Assembly (NCBI GenBank): GCA_910583745.1
Contig: CAJTZC010000007.1
Coordinates: forward strand, 1,163-65,162
DNA length: 64,000 nucleotides
Origin: an uncultured Bacilli bacterium
GTDB taxonomy: Bacteria > Bacillota_I > Bacilli_A > RF39 > UBA660
Direction: 5' to 3'
Shown: positions 50,077 to 59,699 of the stretch, one piece after another
Layout of the letters: each line of letters starts with the position of its first letter
Numbering within the stretch: the stretch's first letter is position 1
Notes under the pieces: generated by a model
The model's database searches: none
What the model was told of the DNA's origin: nothing
What the model saw: the letters and a program-made list of their open reading frames with translations, nothing else
Translations under genes and position numbers: made by a program

Positions 50077-50177
50077 ATTGAATTCCTTCTTTTGATTTCA
50101 TTATATACAATTATGCCTTTGTTGTCTAGATTGGTTTTTGACGATATAAAAAATTGTAGAGCTCTTTTCTACAATCT

Positions 50178-51707
50178 TTATTGTTCTTTTTGAATTCTCT
50201 CAAATAAAGGTTTTGGAGAATCGGTCACTTGGTAAGTTTGATTTTCTATAAATTTAGCCTCTTCAAATCTCGTGTTTTGGCTATTTAGGTATTTTTCTAC
50301 TTTTGCAGTGCTTTCAGGCATGAAAGGTTTGAGTAGAATGTTTGTTACTCTTATCGCCTCAAGTAAATTATATAATACGGTTTCCAATCGGTCTTTTTTT
50401 GTTTCGTCTTTTGCCAAAGTCCAAGGCGTCGTATCATCGATATATTTGTTGCTTGCACGAAGTACGTCAAAAATGGATTCTAGTACTTTCGAAACTTGCA
50501 ATTCTTCTATCTTGGCGTCTGTATCTTTTTTCAGATTGTCTATCGCTTCTATGAATGGAGTATCGATTTCTTCTGTTGTATGTGGGTTTGTAATGTTTCC
50601 ATTGAAATACTTGTTTGCCATTCCAATCGTTCTATTCACTAAATTACCCCATACATTGGCGAGGTCACTGTTTATTCTGGCTATTAAAGCATCTTCAGAG
50701 AAGTTTCCGTCTGAACCGAATGGAATTTCTCTCAAGGAAAAGTATCTTACAGCATCTGCACTATATAAATCGATGTATTCGCGTGGATCTTTGTAGTTTC
50801 CGACACTTTTTGCAATTTTCGCTCCATCGATGACCAACCAACCGTGGCCGAACACTTTTTTTGGAAGTGGTAAGTCTAGGGCCATTAGGATAATTGGCCA
50901 AATAATCGTATGAAATCTCACTATTTCTTTGCCGACGATGTGCACGTCTGCAGGCCAGAATTTTTTGAACAGCGTTTCGTCGTCCGAATTATATCCTAGA
51001 GCTGTGATGTAGTTGCTCAATGCGTCGAGCCAAACGTATACGACGTGCTTTTCATCAAACGTTACGGGGATACCCCATGAGAAACTCGTTCTAGAGACGC
51101 ATAAGTCTTCCAAACCAGGTTTTAAGAAATTATTGACCATCTCGTTTTTGCGCGATTCGGGCTGAATAAACTCTGGATGAGCTTCGATGTACTCTTCCAA
51201 ACGTTTTTGGTATTTAGATAGTCTTAGGAAATAGGCTTCTTCGCTTACTTCTTGTACCTCTCTATGGCAGTCTGGACAGTTTCCATCGACGAGTTGTGAC
51301 TCCGTCCAAAATGACTCGCATGGTGTACAGTATTTTCCTCTGTACTCTCCTTTGTAGATATCTCCTTGATCGTACAACTGTTTAAAAATCTTTTGGACTG
51401 CATCGACGTGATCTTCATCCGTGGTTCTTATGAAACGGTCATAGGTTATTCCAAGTTTTTTCCACAAATCTTTGGCATTATCGACGATTTTATCGATATA
51501 TTCCTTAGGTTCAAGACCTGCCTCAGAAGCCTTTTTTTCTATCTTTTGTCCGTGTTCATCGCTTCCTGTCAAGAAGTATGTGTCGAATCCATCTAGTTTT
51601 TTGTATCTAGCGAGTGAATCCGCGATTATCGTACTATAACAGTGGCCTATGTGAAAGTTGGCGGAAGGATAATAAATCGGTGTCGTAATATAAAATTTTT
51701 TTTCCAT
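50178..51707 (-). CDS. metG: methionyl-tRNA synthetase (short form without the C-terminal tRNA-binding extension)
   Basis: It carries the HIGH motif YPSANFHIGHCYS, Zn knuckle Cys residues and KMSKS-equivalent KIAKSVGN. The probable start is MEKKFYITTPIYY at ~51707, preceded by AAAGAGGAA. The track ORF extends 45 codons upstream through the leader. Confidence 0.88.
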   Translation of the reverse strand: MEKKFYITTPIYYPSANFHIGHCYSTIIADSLARYKKLDGFDTYFLTGSDEHGQKIEKKASEAGLEPKEYIDKIVDNAKDLWKKLGITYDRFIRTTDEDHVDAVQKIFKQLYDQGDIYKGEYRGKYCTPCESFWTESQLVDGNCPDCHREVQEVSEEAYFLRLSKYQKRLEEYIEAHPEFIQPESRKNEMVNNFLKPGLEDLCVSRTSFSWGIPVTFDEKHVVYVWLDALSNYITALGYNSDDETLFKKFWPADVHIVGKEIVRFHTIIWPIILMALDLPLPKKVFGHGWLVIDGAKIAKSVGNYKDPREYIDLYSADAVRYFSLREIPFGSDGNFSEDALIARINSDLANVWGNLVNRTIGMANKYFNGNITNPHTTEEIDTPFIEAIDNLKKDTDAKIEELQVSKVLESIFDVLRASNKYIDDTTPWTLAKDETKKDRLETVLYNLLEAIRVTNILLKPFMPESTAKVEKYLNSQNTRFEEAKFIENQTYQVTDSPKPLFERIQKEQ

Positions 51708-51711
51708 AAAA

Positions 51712-51945
51712 TGTTCCTCTTTTCTATATAAAAAAACATGAACTAAAGGACGAATATAAAATCCGCGGTACCACCTTAATTCATGTTTTATCATGCACTT
51801 TAACTTTTTAACGCGAGTTAGACGTTTGGACTCCAAAGCCATGTTCGGCGATTTTCATTATCGTCTTCCACCAACCGACGACTCTCTATAAAATCCGAGC
51901 GCTTACTCTCTTCTTCTCTGTCCAATGTGTATTAAATATATCACA
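51712..51945 (-). promoter_or_regulatory. T-box riboswitch leader of metG
   Basis: The minus-strand sense contains AAUUAAGGUGGUACCGCGG, the conserved T-box antiterminator sequence. It is followed by a terminator hairpin (AAACAUGAAUUAAGG...CCUUUAGUUCAUGUUUUUUU) just upstream of the metG RBS. A GAACAUGGC segment is a candidate Met (AUG) specifier. Confidence 0.75.
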
Positions 51946-51959
51946 CTTTTTTTTGTAAA

Positions 51960-52484
51960 TCAATAATTGTTTAAGTTTGTCTCTATTAAGTTTTTGAATA
52001 TTTTGATAATTTCTTGATTTTTGACTTCTCCAGAGGTGGAATATTCTATGATAAGTCCAGACCTATCGTTATCGACAATGATAGGAACGATATTTGCGCG
52101 ACCTTTAATTTCGCAGTCTCCTATTTTGTAATTTATCTCGCTGTTTTTTTCTTCCTGGCAAGAGAGGACGAGTGTTTCTAAAGTAGAATCTAGAGGAATC
52201 GTGTCGAGCGAGGTGTTTGTCGCCGCAATAATCTTTTCTCTATCTGTAATAATATATGAATATCCTGCGATTCTATTCCCTATGTCTATTAGGTGTCTGA
52301 TGAATTCGATTATATCTGGTAGAGAGGAATACTTTCTTATTCTAATCTCGCCGTTATCGATAAAAACTTCAAGAGGTTCGTTATCTTTAATATGTAGCTT
52401 TTTTCTTATATCTTTAGGAATGACTATTCTTCCCAATTCATCGATTCTTCGTATGTTACTATTCTGTGTCAAAATTATCACCAA
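51960..52484 (-). CDS. spoVT: stage V sporulation protein T-like regulator (AbrB-type N-domain + GAF-like domain)
   Basis: 174-aa protein. The N-terminal SpoVT/AbrB swapped-hairpin motif is IDELGRIVIPKDIRKKL. Its length and its position downstream of mfd match B. subtilis. Confidence 0.75.
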   Translation of the reverse strand: MVIILTQNSNIRRIDELGRIVIPKDIRKKLHIKDNEPLEVFIDNGEIRIRKYSSLPDIIEFIRHLIDIGNRIAGYSYIITDREKIIAATNTSLDTIPLDSTLETLVLSCQEEKNSEINYKIGDCEIKGRANIVPIIVDNDRSGLIIEYSTSGEVKNQEIIKIFKNLIETNLNNY

Positions 52485-52519
52485 CCATTATTATTTTAAT
52501 AAAATTTGCAATATTTATA

Positions 52520-55500
52520 CTAGTTTATCTGTTCAATAATTGCATTTAAAAGTTCAAATAGATAGTAAATATAATTCTTTTTTAATAGAGATGTCACGAG
52601 GGTGATGGATATTTCCTTGTTTTTATAACTTATTTCAAATTTAGGACAGATACTGTAGCTCTGCAGGAAGAGTTTCTCCCCGTCTATCTTGTTCGATACT
52701 TCTTCTGGAAGTACGACTGTCACTTTGTTTTGAAGTTGGAGCAATTTTTTAACTCCTAATCTATCGAGGAAGCCTTCTACACACTTTTTGAGCATGTATA
52801 TCTCTAGCTCTTCATCAATTTTACCAAAACGATCTTCGAGCTCCGCTTTGACATTTTGGAAGTCCGTTCTGTCGTTTATTGTGTTTATCATTTTGTGAAT
52901 TTCAATTTTAATGTTCTCATCGCTGACATAGTCGTTTGATATGTATGTACTCGCATGGAGAGATGGGCCTGTTTCTTCTTTGTTTTCGATTTCGTCGCCC
53001 GACAAGCGTTTGACTTCTTCATCGACCATCTTTGTATACAAATCTAAACCCACGGCATCGATGAAACCAGCTTGTTCGCTTCCCAAGAAATCTCCTGCTC
53101 CTCTTATAGCGAGGTCTCTCATAGCGATTTTGTATCCACTTCCCAATTCTGTAAACTCTTTTATCGAGTCGAGACGTCTCATGGCTGTTTCAGTGAGCAC
53201 CTTCGCAGGGTTGTACATTAAATAGGCGTATGCAATCTTATCGCTTCTTCCGACTCGGCCTCTTATCTGATAAAGTTGACTTAGTCCAAATTTATCGGAG
53301 TCGATGATTATAATCGTATTAACGTTCGGAATGTCGATTCCTGTCTCTATAATCGTCGTACAAATTAGTATGTCGTAGTCGCCTTTTATAAATGATTCCA
53401 TGATGTTCCCAAGTTCTTCGGAAGACATCTGTCCGTGACCACATATTATATTGGCCTCTGGTATTAGCTTTTGCAATTTGTTTTTGAAACGCTCCAATTC
53501 GTTTATGGAATTTATCAAAATGAACGTTTGTCCGTTTCGAGTAAGTTCTTTATATATGGCATCTCTCATGATGAGGTCGTTTTCTTCTATAACGTAAGTT
53601 TGTATCGGATAGCGGTTAATTGGAGGCGTATCTAAGACGGAGAGGCTTCTCAGTCCACTCATTGCCATTTTGAGCGTTCTCGGAATCGGTGTTGCCGATA
53701 AGGTTAAAACGTTGACGTCGTTTTTGATTTTTTTAATCTTTTCTTTATGAGTGACACCGAAACGCTGTTCTTCGTCGATGACGAGTAAGCCTAATTTTTT
53801 GTATTCGATTTGGTCGTTTAACAATTTGTGTGTTCCTATGATGATATCGATTTTTCCTTCTCTCAATTCATTCAGTATTCTCGTGACATTTTTTTGAGAA
53901 ACGTAGCGGTTTAAGAGTGCAATCTTTATTGGAAAATCTTTAAATCTTTCGAGAGCACTCGTATATTGTTGCTTAGAAAGAATCGTCGTCGGGCATAAGT
54001 ACGCGACTTGGTATCCATTTATCACAGCTTTAAACATAGCTCGAAAGGCGACTTCTGTCTTTCCGTATCCTACATCTCCGCAAAGCAGTCTATCCATCGG
54101 AGCGGTCTGTTTTAGGTCAGCATCGATTTCTTTGATTGTTTTTTCTTGGTCTCTCGTTAGGGCATAAGGGAAATCTAAGGCAAATTTTATTTCTTCTTCA
54201 TAATCTTTATAGGCAGGACCTTGAATTTTGTTTCGGCTCGAGTAGAGTTCGATTAATTCGCCCGAGATGTCTCGTATTTTTTTTCTGGTTTCGTTTTTCT
54301 TTTTTGCCCAAGCTGCACTGTTCAATTTACTCAGTTTTATCGAAGTTCCTGGGTTAGAAGCGTATTTGTAAAGTTTGTCTATACCGTCAATTGGTACATA
54401 TACCTTGTCATTTCCTTGATATTCTAATTCTATGTAATCGCGTGTATAGCCACCGCTCGTCAGGGTCTTTAAACCTCTATAAATACCTATTCCGTGCGCT
54501 TCGTGTACAATGTAATCTCCTTGTGTCAAGTCACTGAATGATTTTATTTTTCTACCTATTTTTATCGAATTTCTGTACTTTATCTCTTTTTTTATCGTCT
54601 TGTCTATATCGTTTGGCGTTATTAAAACATATTTATCGAAGATAAATCCTTTATAAAGCTTCTTCTCAATGATGTTTATTTTTCCTATGAATAATTTCTC
54701 TTCATTTGTGAGGTATGTCTCTTCGAAGAGTTCTTGTATCGTGTGTATTTGATTTTGTGTCTCTAAGGCGAAGATAATCGTATTCTTTTTTAGTTCTTTT
54801 AAGCAGAAGGCTTTTAAGTCTTGCATATTGGAGTTGAAATTATCTACAGATTTCGAGCTATATGCGAGGGCATTTTTATCGTTGTAGGCGTTTATCGTAT
54901 CGACTTTATATGTCTTTGCAGGGTTCATTTTCTCGTACTCGAACATATAATCGGTGTTTGGGTCGATTTCTTTACTCGTCTTGTACTCAAAAATATCTTT
55001 TTGGAGGTTGATATACGAATTCTTTATTTGCGACTCGTCTATCAAGAATAGCGTTTGGTTTCCAAGGTAGTCTAACAACGAATTTGGTGTATCAGAGATG
55101 CTCTCATTGAATTTTCTCAATTCTGCTTTGTCTAGGACTTTGGTCGACCTCTGTGTCTCTTCGTCGAACTCTTTGATGGACTCGATTTCTTCGTCAAAGA
55201 ATTCTATTCGTATTGGTTTTATAGCATCTACTGGAAAAATATCTATGATATACCCCCGAACAGCATATTCTCCTGTTACTGTTACCAGTGAGTCTCTCTT
55301 GTATCCAAACTCTTCTAATTTGGTCAAAATTATTTCCCGGGAAATAATTTGGGAGGAGGGGTCTATTATTAAGCTCTGCTCTTCCTCTAAATTCGGCAGG
55401 TATTTTAAATAACCCATCAAAGATGTGACCACTATGTGTTTCTTTTTATTTTTCTTGAGCTGTTCTAGGGTTTCTAAACGCTTCATTTTTAAATCGGGAG

Positions 55501-55750
55501 ATACGGCGATGGCCACAGATGTTAAAAAGTCATCCATGGGAAAAAACAGAACATCGTCTGTATATGCCTGTAACATTTTATAGAAATTGTTTGCTTCGTA
55601 GAGAGAACTTGTTAAAATGAGCACGTTTTCGTCGTTTTTTTGAAAGTAATTAAACATATAGAGTGCACTCAGTTCTTTCGTAAGTCCATATACGTTGCAA
55701 TTAGGTCTATATTCAAATTTATCTGTAACAAATTTCATTTTAATCACCAT
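52520..55750 (-). CDS. mfd: transcription-repair coupling factor
   Basis: 1076-aa protein with a UvrB-homology N-terminal region, an RNAP-interacting domain and superfamily-2 helicase motifs (LCGDVGYGKTEVA, LLVIDEEQRFGV). Confidence 0.95.
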   Translation of the reverse strand: MVIKMKFVTDKFEYRPNCNVYGLTKELSALYMFNYFQKNDENVLILTSSLYEANNFYKMLQAYTDDVLFFPMDDFLTSVAIAVSPDLKMKRLETLEQLKKNKKKHIVVTSLMGYLKYLPNLEEEQSLIIDPSSQIISREIILTKLEEFGYKRDSLVTVTGEYAVRGYIIDIFPVDAIKPIRIEFFDEEIESIKEFDEETQRSTKVLDKAELRKFNESISDTPNSLLDYLGNQTLFLIDESQIKNSYINLQKDIFEYKTSKEIDPNTDYMFEYEKMNPAKTYKVDTINAYNDKNALAYSSKSVDNFNSNMQDLKAFCLKELKKNTIIFALETQNQIHTIQELFEETYLTNEEKLFIGKINIIEKKLYKGFIFDKYVLITPNDIDKTIKKEIKYRNSIKIGRKIKSFSDLTQGDYIVHEAHGIGIYRGLKTLTSGGYTRDYIELEYQGNDKVYVPIDGIDKLYKYASNPGTSIKLSKLNSAAWAKKKNETRKKIRDISGELIELYSSRNKIQGPAYKDYEEEIKFALDFPYALTRDQEKTIKEIDADLKQTAPMDRLLCGDVGYGKTEVAFRAMFKAVINGYQVAYLCPTTILSKQQYTSALERFKDFPIKIALLNRYVSQKNVTRILNELREGKIDIIIGTHKLLNDQIEYKKLGLLVIDEEQRFGVTHKEKIKKIKNDVNVLTLSATPIPRTLKMAMSGLRSLSVLDTPPINRYPIQTYVIEENDLIMRDAIYKELTRNGQTFILINSINELERFKNKLQKLIPEANIICGHGQMSSEELGNIMESFIKGDYDILICTTIIETGIDIPNVNTIIIIDSDKFGLSQLYQIRGRVGRSDKIAYAYLMYNPAKVLTETAMRRLDSIKEFTELGSGYKIAMRDLAIRGAGDFLGSEQAGFIDAVGLDLYTKMVDEEVKRLSGDEIENKEETGPSLHASTYISNDYVSDENIKIEIHKMINTINDRTDFQNVKAELEDRFGKIDEELEIYMLKKCVEGFLDRLGVKKLLQLQNKVTVVLPEEVSNKIDGEKLFLQSYSICPKFEISYKNKEISITLVTSLLKKNYIYYLFELLNAIIEQIN
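55330..55347. promoter_or_regulatory. isolated Noc-binding-site-type palindrome inside the mfd coding sequence
   Basis: A perfect TTATTTCCCGGGAAATAA sits within the longer palindrome AAATTATTTCCCGGGAAATAATTT. It is identical to the type-B motif of the array at 61.9-62.9 kb. Confidence 0.6.
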
Positions 55751-56291
55751 AATTGTAATTTTGCGTTTCTAAAATTTTCCCTCGAATAAATAAGTCGATA
55801 ATCTTTTCTGAGTCAGCAATAATTTCTTTGAGTACTTCTGCTTCTTTTTTAGAGAATTTTCCTAATACGTAGTCTTTTGTATCCCAGCTTTTGTCATTAG
55901 AGATTCCGATTTTATATTGGTAGAATTTTTGGCTACCTAGAGAGCTTATGATAGATTTTATTCCATTATCTCCACCTGAGGAACTGTCAAATTTTATCCT
56001 CGCATGCCCTAGTTTTAAATCTAAATCGTCACGTATGATTAGCACGTCTTTTAAGTCTACTTTAAAATATTCACAGTAGGGTCTTACGACTGTTCCTGAC
56101 AAATTCATATAGCTTTGTGGTTTAAGGAAAATCACTTTTTCCCCTTCTATGTTTTTTTGTATATAGAGACCGTTGAATTTTTGACTAAATCTGTCGTTTT
56201 TGCAGTAATTGTCTATAACCATAAAACCGACATTGTGTCGTGTGTTCTCGTATTCTTTTCCAGGATTACCTAATCCACATATTATCTTCAT
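55740..56291 (-). CDS. pth: peptidyl-tRNA hydrolase
   Basis: 183-aa protein beginning MKIICGLGNPGKEYENTRHNVGF. Confidence 0.92.
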   Translation of the reverse strand: MKIICGLGNPGKEYENTRHNVGFMVIDNYCKNDRFSQKFNGLYIQKNIEGEKVIFLKPQSYMNLSGTVVRPYCEYFKVDLKDVLIIRDDLDLKLGHARIKFDSSSGGDNGIKSIISSLGSQKFYQYKIGISNDKSWDTKDYVLGKFSKKEAEVLKEIIADSEKIIDLFIRGKILETQNYNYGD

Positions 56292-56986
56292 CTACTGTCC
56301 TCCTTAAATATTCCTTTGTATGTCTTAAGGGATTCTACTTCATATGATTTTATTTTTAAATCACTTTTTTTATATTTTGATGCTTGCATGAGAAAAAATT
56401 CGGCATCTTTGCCTTTTTTTGTGTTAATAATTGCTATTTTCCTTATTCCGAACTTTTGTGTTTCTAAAATTTTAATAGCATCAAGCAATCTATCGACTCT
56501 ATGAACCATGTAAAATGTGCCGTTTTCTTTCAGATTTTTCTTTGCAGAGATGATGACTTCTTCTAAAGTTAAAAGCATTTCATGGCGCGCATTTCTTTTT
56601 ATCTCGTTTTCAGTTGTTTGCGAGTTTTGAGTCACTTTAAAGTATGGCGGATTTGCTAATACAGTGTCGTATTTTTCGCTTGAAGTATATATTCTTGCAT
56701 CAGCATTTAAGACTTTTATTTGATTATCTAGCTCATTTTCTGTGACACTTTTCTTTGCTAACTCGAAAATTTCTTCTTGAATTTCGAGTGCATCGATAGA
56801 GATTTCTTTCTTTTTTGTCGTCAATATCATCGGAATGGGTGCGTTTCCCGTGCATAAATCGAGAATTTTGTCATGCCGTCTTAACTCAGTGAATTCCCCT
56901 AAGAGTATGGAGTCTAAACTGAATTTGAAATATTTAGGATTTTGATAGATTTTTAAACCATAATCGTATAAATCATTGCATTCCAT
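56288..56986 (-). CDS. SAM-dependent methyltransferase, YabB/TrmN6-like (tRNA m6A)
   Basis: 232-aa protein with NPPY and a methyltransferase fold. It is adjacent to yaaT and holB as yabB is in B. subtilis. Confidence 0.65.
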   Translation of the reverse strand: MECNDLYDYGLKIYQNPKYFKFSLDSILLGEFTELRRHDKILDLCTGNAPIPMILTTKKKEISIDALEIQEEIFELAKKSVTENELDNQIKVLNADARIYTSSEKYDTVLANPPYFKVTQNSQTTENEIKRNARHEMLLTLEEVIISAKKNLKENGTFYMVHRVDRLLDAIKILETQKFGIRKIAIINTKKGKDAEFFLMQASKYKKSDLKIKSYEVESLKTYKGIFKEDSR

Positions 56987-57750
56987 CAGTCTAAAGTCAC
57001 TTCTTCCGTCGTGTTTTCTCCTGTTTTGACGACATATTTTTTATTCAATATGTCTATTTCTTTGACCTCTGCTTCTGAGCTTTTGTGTGGTACTTTTTCT
57101 CCTACTTTTGGCAAAATTTTTCTGTTTTCTTCATATAAATCGTTTTCGTAGGTAAAGCAACACAGTAAACGACCGCATGCTCCATTTATCTTTGTCGGAT
57201 TTAGGGAGATGTTTTGATTTTTTACCATGTTTATATTTATCGAATTTACAGTTTTTAAACAGCTCTTACAGCACAAAACTCGACCACACAACCCGATTCC
57301 TCCTATTTCCTTAGCTTTATCTCTTACTCCGATTTGGTGCAGTTCGATTCTCGTGTGGTAACGACCCGCGAGCTCTTTGACGAGTTCTCTAAAATCTACT
57401 CTTTCATCGGAGATGAAATTGAATAGAAGCACTTTTTTGTCCAACGAGAAGCTGGCATCGATTAAATTCATGTTTAGCTTTAGTTTTTTTACTAATTCCT
57501 TAGTATCTAAAAGAGCTTTATTTGCATCTTTTATATTTCTCAGATATTTGTTGTATTCTTCCTCCGTCGCAGTCGATAGAATCTTTTTAAGACTTTTGTA
57601 CTTTTCAGAAGGTTCTACTCTTTCGACGACACCTAATTGTCTTCCTTTTTCCGTCTCAACGATAACTTTTGTGTTCTTAGAATAGGCTTCTTCTGAACAA
57701 AAGTTGTAAGCTTTGCCATCATTTTTAAATTTAACTCCTACAATATACAT
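56986..57750 (-). CDS. ricT: PSP1-domain protein RicT/YaaT
   Basis: 254-aa protein with a Cys-rich region (CGRVLCCKSCLK...CGRLLCC) typical of YaaT. Confidence 0.8.
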   Translation of the reverse strand: MYIVGVKFKNDGKAYNFCSEEAYSKNTKVIVETEKGRQLGVVERVEPSEKYKSLKKILSTATEEEYNKYLRNIKDANKALLDTKELVKKLKLNMNLIDASFSLDKKVLLFNFISDERVDFRELVKELAGRYHTRIELHQIGVRDKAKEIGGIGLCGRVLCCKSCLKTVNSININMVKNQNISLNPTKINGACGRLLCCFTYENDLYEENRKILPKVGEKVPHKSSEAEVKEIDILNKKYVVKTGENTTEEVTLD

Positions 57751-58562
57751 TATTTCACGTCCTTCAATTCGATAAAAACTTTTTCTAGTAGAAGGTCTTT
57801 GTTCATATTCTCAGAGAGTTTATTGAATGTCTTATTTAAATAATGACTTTTTCTAATCAACTGACTATACGTATTGTTTTTGGCCAATTTTTCTAATAGA
57901 TTTTTATCGAGTCCTTTTTCTTTCGTCAAGTTACACGCTGTATTATAATAGTTTTTTAGCAGTTTTTCAACGATTTTGAAATTTTCTTTGAGAATATCTT
58001 CGTCACTTTTTATTTTTGAAAACTCGACATGGTCTCTATTTTCTATACTTTCTATCAACTTTTTTACTTTATCATGTAAATCATCCGGGACAGTAAGGTC
58101 GTTAGAAACATCGTATATCAACGTCAATTGTTCGCATCGACTCTTTATAGTTGGGAGTATTAAATCTGCATTCGATGTTAAAAGGAAACCTATAACATTA
58201 TCATTTGGTTCTTCGATTGTCTTTAGGAGCTTATTCGCAGCGATTGGATTTAGTTTTTCTGCTTCCGCTATCACGTAAAAAATGTGGTCCGAGAGAATCG
58301 GTTTGGTCTTAACTCTATCTTGTAATGCGTGGATTGAGTCCTTTTTTATATCTTTTCCTTCCGGTCTTACGATTATCAACTCTAGATAGGTTTCATTTTC
58401 TACCTGTATTGAAACATTTTCATCGTTAAGAATTTTTTTGATTAGATTTTTAACATTTTTTAAAGCTGATTCTTGGTCGTTTGTTTCCACCAAAAAAACG
58501 TGGGAATTATTATTCTCACTGAACTCTTTTTCTAGGACTGCTATTTTTGTGTTCGTTTTCAT
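57750..58562 (-). CDS. holB: DNA polymerase III delta-prime subunit
   Basis: 270-aa AAA+-like clamp-loader subunit, located between yaaT and recR-side genes as in Bacillus. Confidence 0.7.
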   Translation of the reverse strand: MKTNTKIAVLEKEFSENNNSHVFLVETNDQESALKNVKNLIKKILNDENVSIQVENETYLELIIVRPEGKDIKKDSIHALQDRVKTKPILSDHIFYVIAEAEKLNPIAANKLLKTIEEPNDNVIGFLLTSNADLILPTIKSRCEQLTLIYDVSNDLTVPDDLHDKVKKLIESIENRDHVEFSKIKSDEDILKENFKIVEKLLKNYYNTACNLTKEKGLDKNLLEKLAKNNTYSQLIRKSHYLNKTFNKLSENMNKDLLLEKVFIELKDVK

Positions 58563-58786
58563 AGTTACCTCGTTATATCATTAAAAGTCCCACCAAAATG
58601 AATAACCCTGGAAATCCTAATAAGGAGACAGTTCCTATGGTATAAACATTGAGGGGTATGAAGAGGCTTAAACTTTCCATAATTATATTGAAACTGTATA
58701 GGATTGTAAATGCAAATATCATTTTTTTTATTAGCATATAAACTATTTTCATATCTATCAGTTAATAATATGGCGATTGTGTTTTT

Positions 58787-59389
58787 TTATGCCACTTCTT
58801 TTCTATCGTATAGTGCTCTTTCGAGAGTCAGGATGTCTAAGTAGTCTAATTCTGCTCCCATAGGGATGCCATACGATAATCTCGTAATCTTTATATTCTC
58901 TCTGTTGAGGACTTTATTAATGTATAGTGTCGTCGTGTCACCTTCAATCGTCGGTCTTAAAGCGATGATGACTTCTGCATCGTTCAATTCTTTGCATCTA
59001 GTAATCAGCTTTGAAATGTTTAAATCGTCGGGATTGACTCCATCTATCGGCGAAATTAAACCTCCGAGCACGTGGTATACACCTCCGAACTTTCCCGTTT
59101 TTTCAAACATAAAGATGCTTTTGTAATCTTCTACAACGCATATTAAATTGTGATTGCGGTTTTCATCTGTACATATCGAACAGGTGTTTTGGTCTGTAAG
59201 GTGTCCACATATCTCGCAATTTCTAAGAGTTTTATCGATTTTATCGATGGCGACAGAAAAGTCTTTTAAATCCTCTTTTTCAAGTTTTATAAGCGCTAAA
59301 GCATATCTTTCTGCAGTACGCTCTCCTATTCCTGGCAATTTTTTAAAGTATTCTATAAGTGTCTCTAGCAATTCGGGATAGATGTTCAT
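58787..59389 (-). CDS. recR: recombination protein RecR
   Basis: 200-aa protein with an HhH (LPGIGERTAERYA), a C4 zinc finger (CEICGHLTDQNTCSIC) and a Toprim domain. Confidence 0.92.
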   Translation of the reverse strand: MNIYPELLETLIEYFKKLPGIGERTAERYALALIKLEKEDLKDFSVAIDKIDKTLRNCEICGHLTDQNTCSICTDENRNHNLICVVEDYKSIFMFEKTGKFGGVYHVLGGLISPIDGVNPDDLNISKLITRCKELNDAEVIIALRPTIEGDTTTLYINKVLNRENIKITRLSYGIPMGAELDYLDILTLERALYDRKEVA

Positions 59390-59390
59390 C

Positions 59391-59687
59391 TTATAATAAA
59401 CCGCCGAGTTGCTTGCTGTAAGGACCTAGCTTATTTTCGATTTCTTTGTCAATTGCTTGAATTCCATTGTTAATGGCAATGGTAATCATGTCTGCGAGCA
59501 TCTCTTTCTCTTCGTTTAAATCGCCTGTATGGGTAATTTCAATCTTGATGATTTGCTTTCTACCATTCATCGTGACTTTCACCCACTCGGATTCTCCAAC
59601 GAATGTAGATTTGTATATTTCCTCCTGTTTTTTTGTGATTTCTCTTTGCATTTTTTGGGCTTGTGCCATTATGTTTTGCACGTTCAT
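59391..59687 (-). CDS. ybaB: nucleoid-associated protein YbaB/EbfC
   Basis: 98-aa protein beginning MNVQNIMAQAQKMQREITKKQEE. Confidence 0.88.
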   Translation of the reverse strand: MNVQNIMAQAQKMQREITKKQEEIYKSTFVGESEWVKVTMNGRKQIIKIEITHTGDLNEEKEMLADMITIAINNGIQAIDKEIENKLGPYSKQLGGLL

Positions 59688-59699
59688 ATTTTTTTCCTC

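Noticed and set aside
51708-51842. The N-terminal 45 codons of the metG track ORF (MALESKRLTRVKKLK...)
   Set aside because: This stretch coincides with the T-box antiterminator and terminator RNA. The conserved synthetase start MEKKFYITTPIYY has a strong RBS at 51707.
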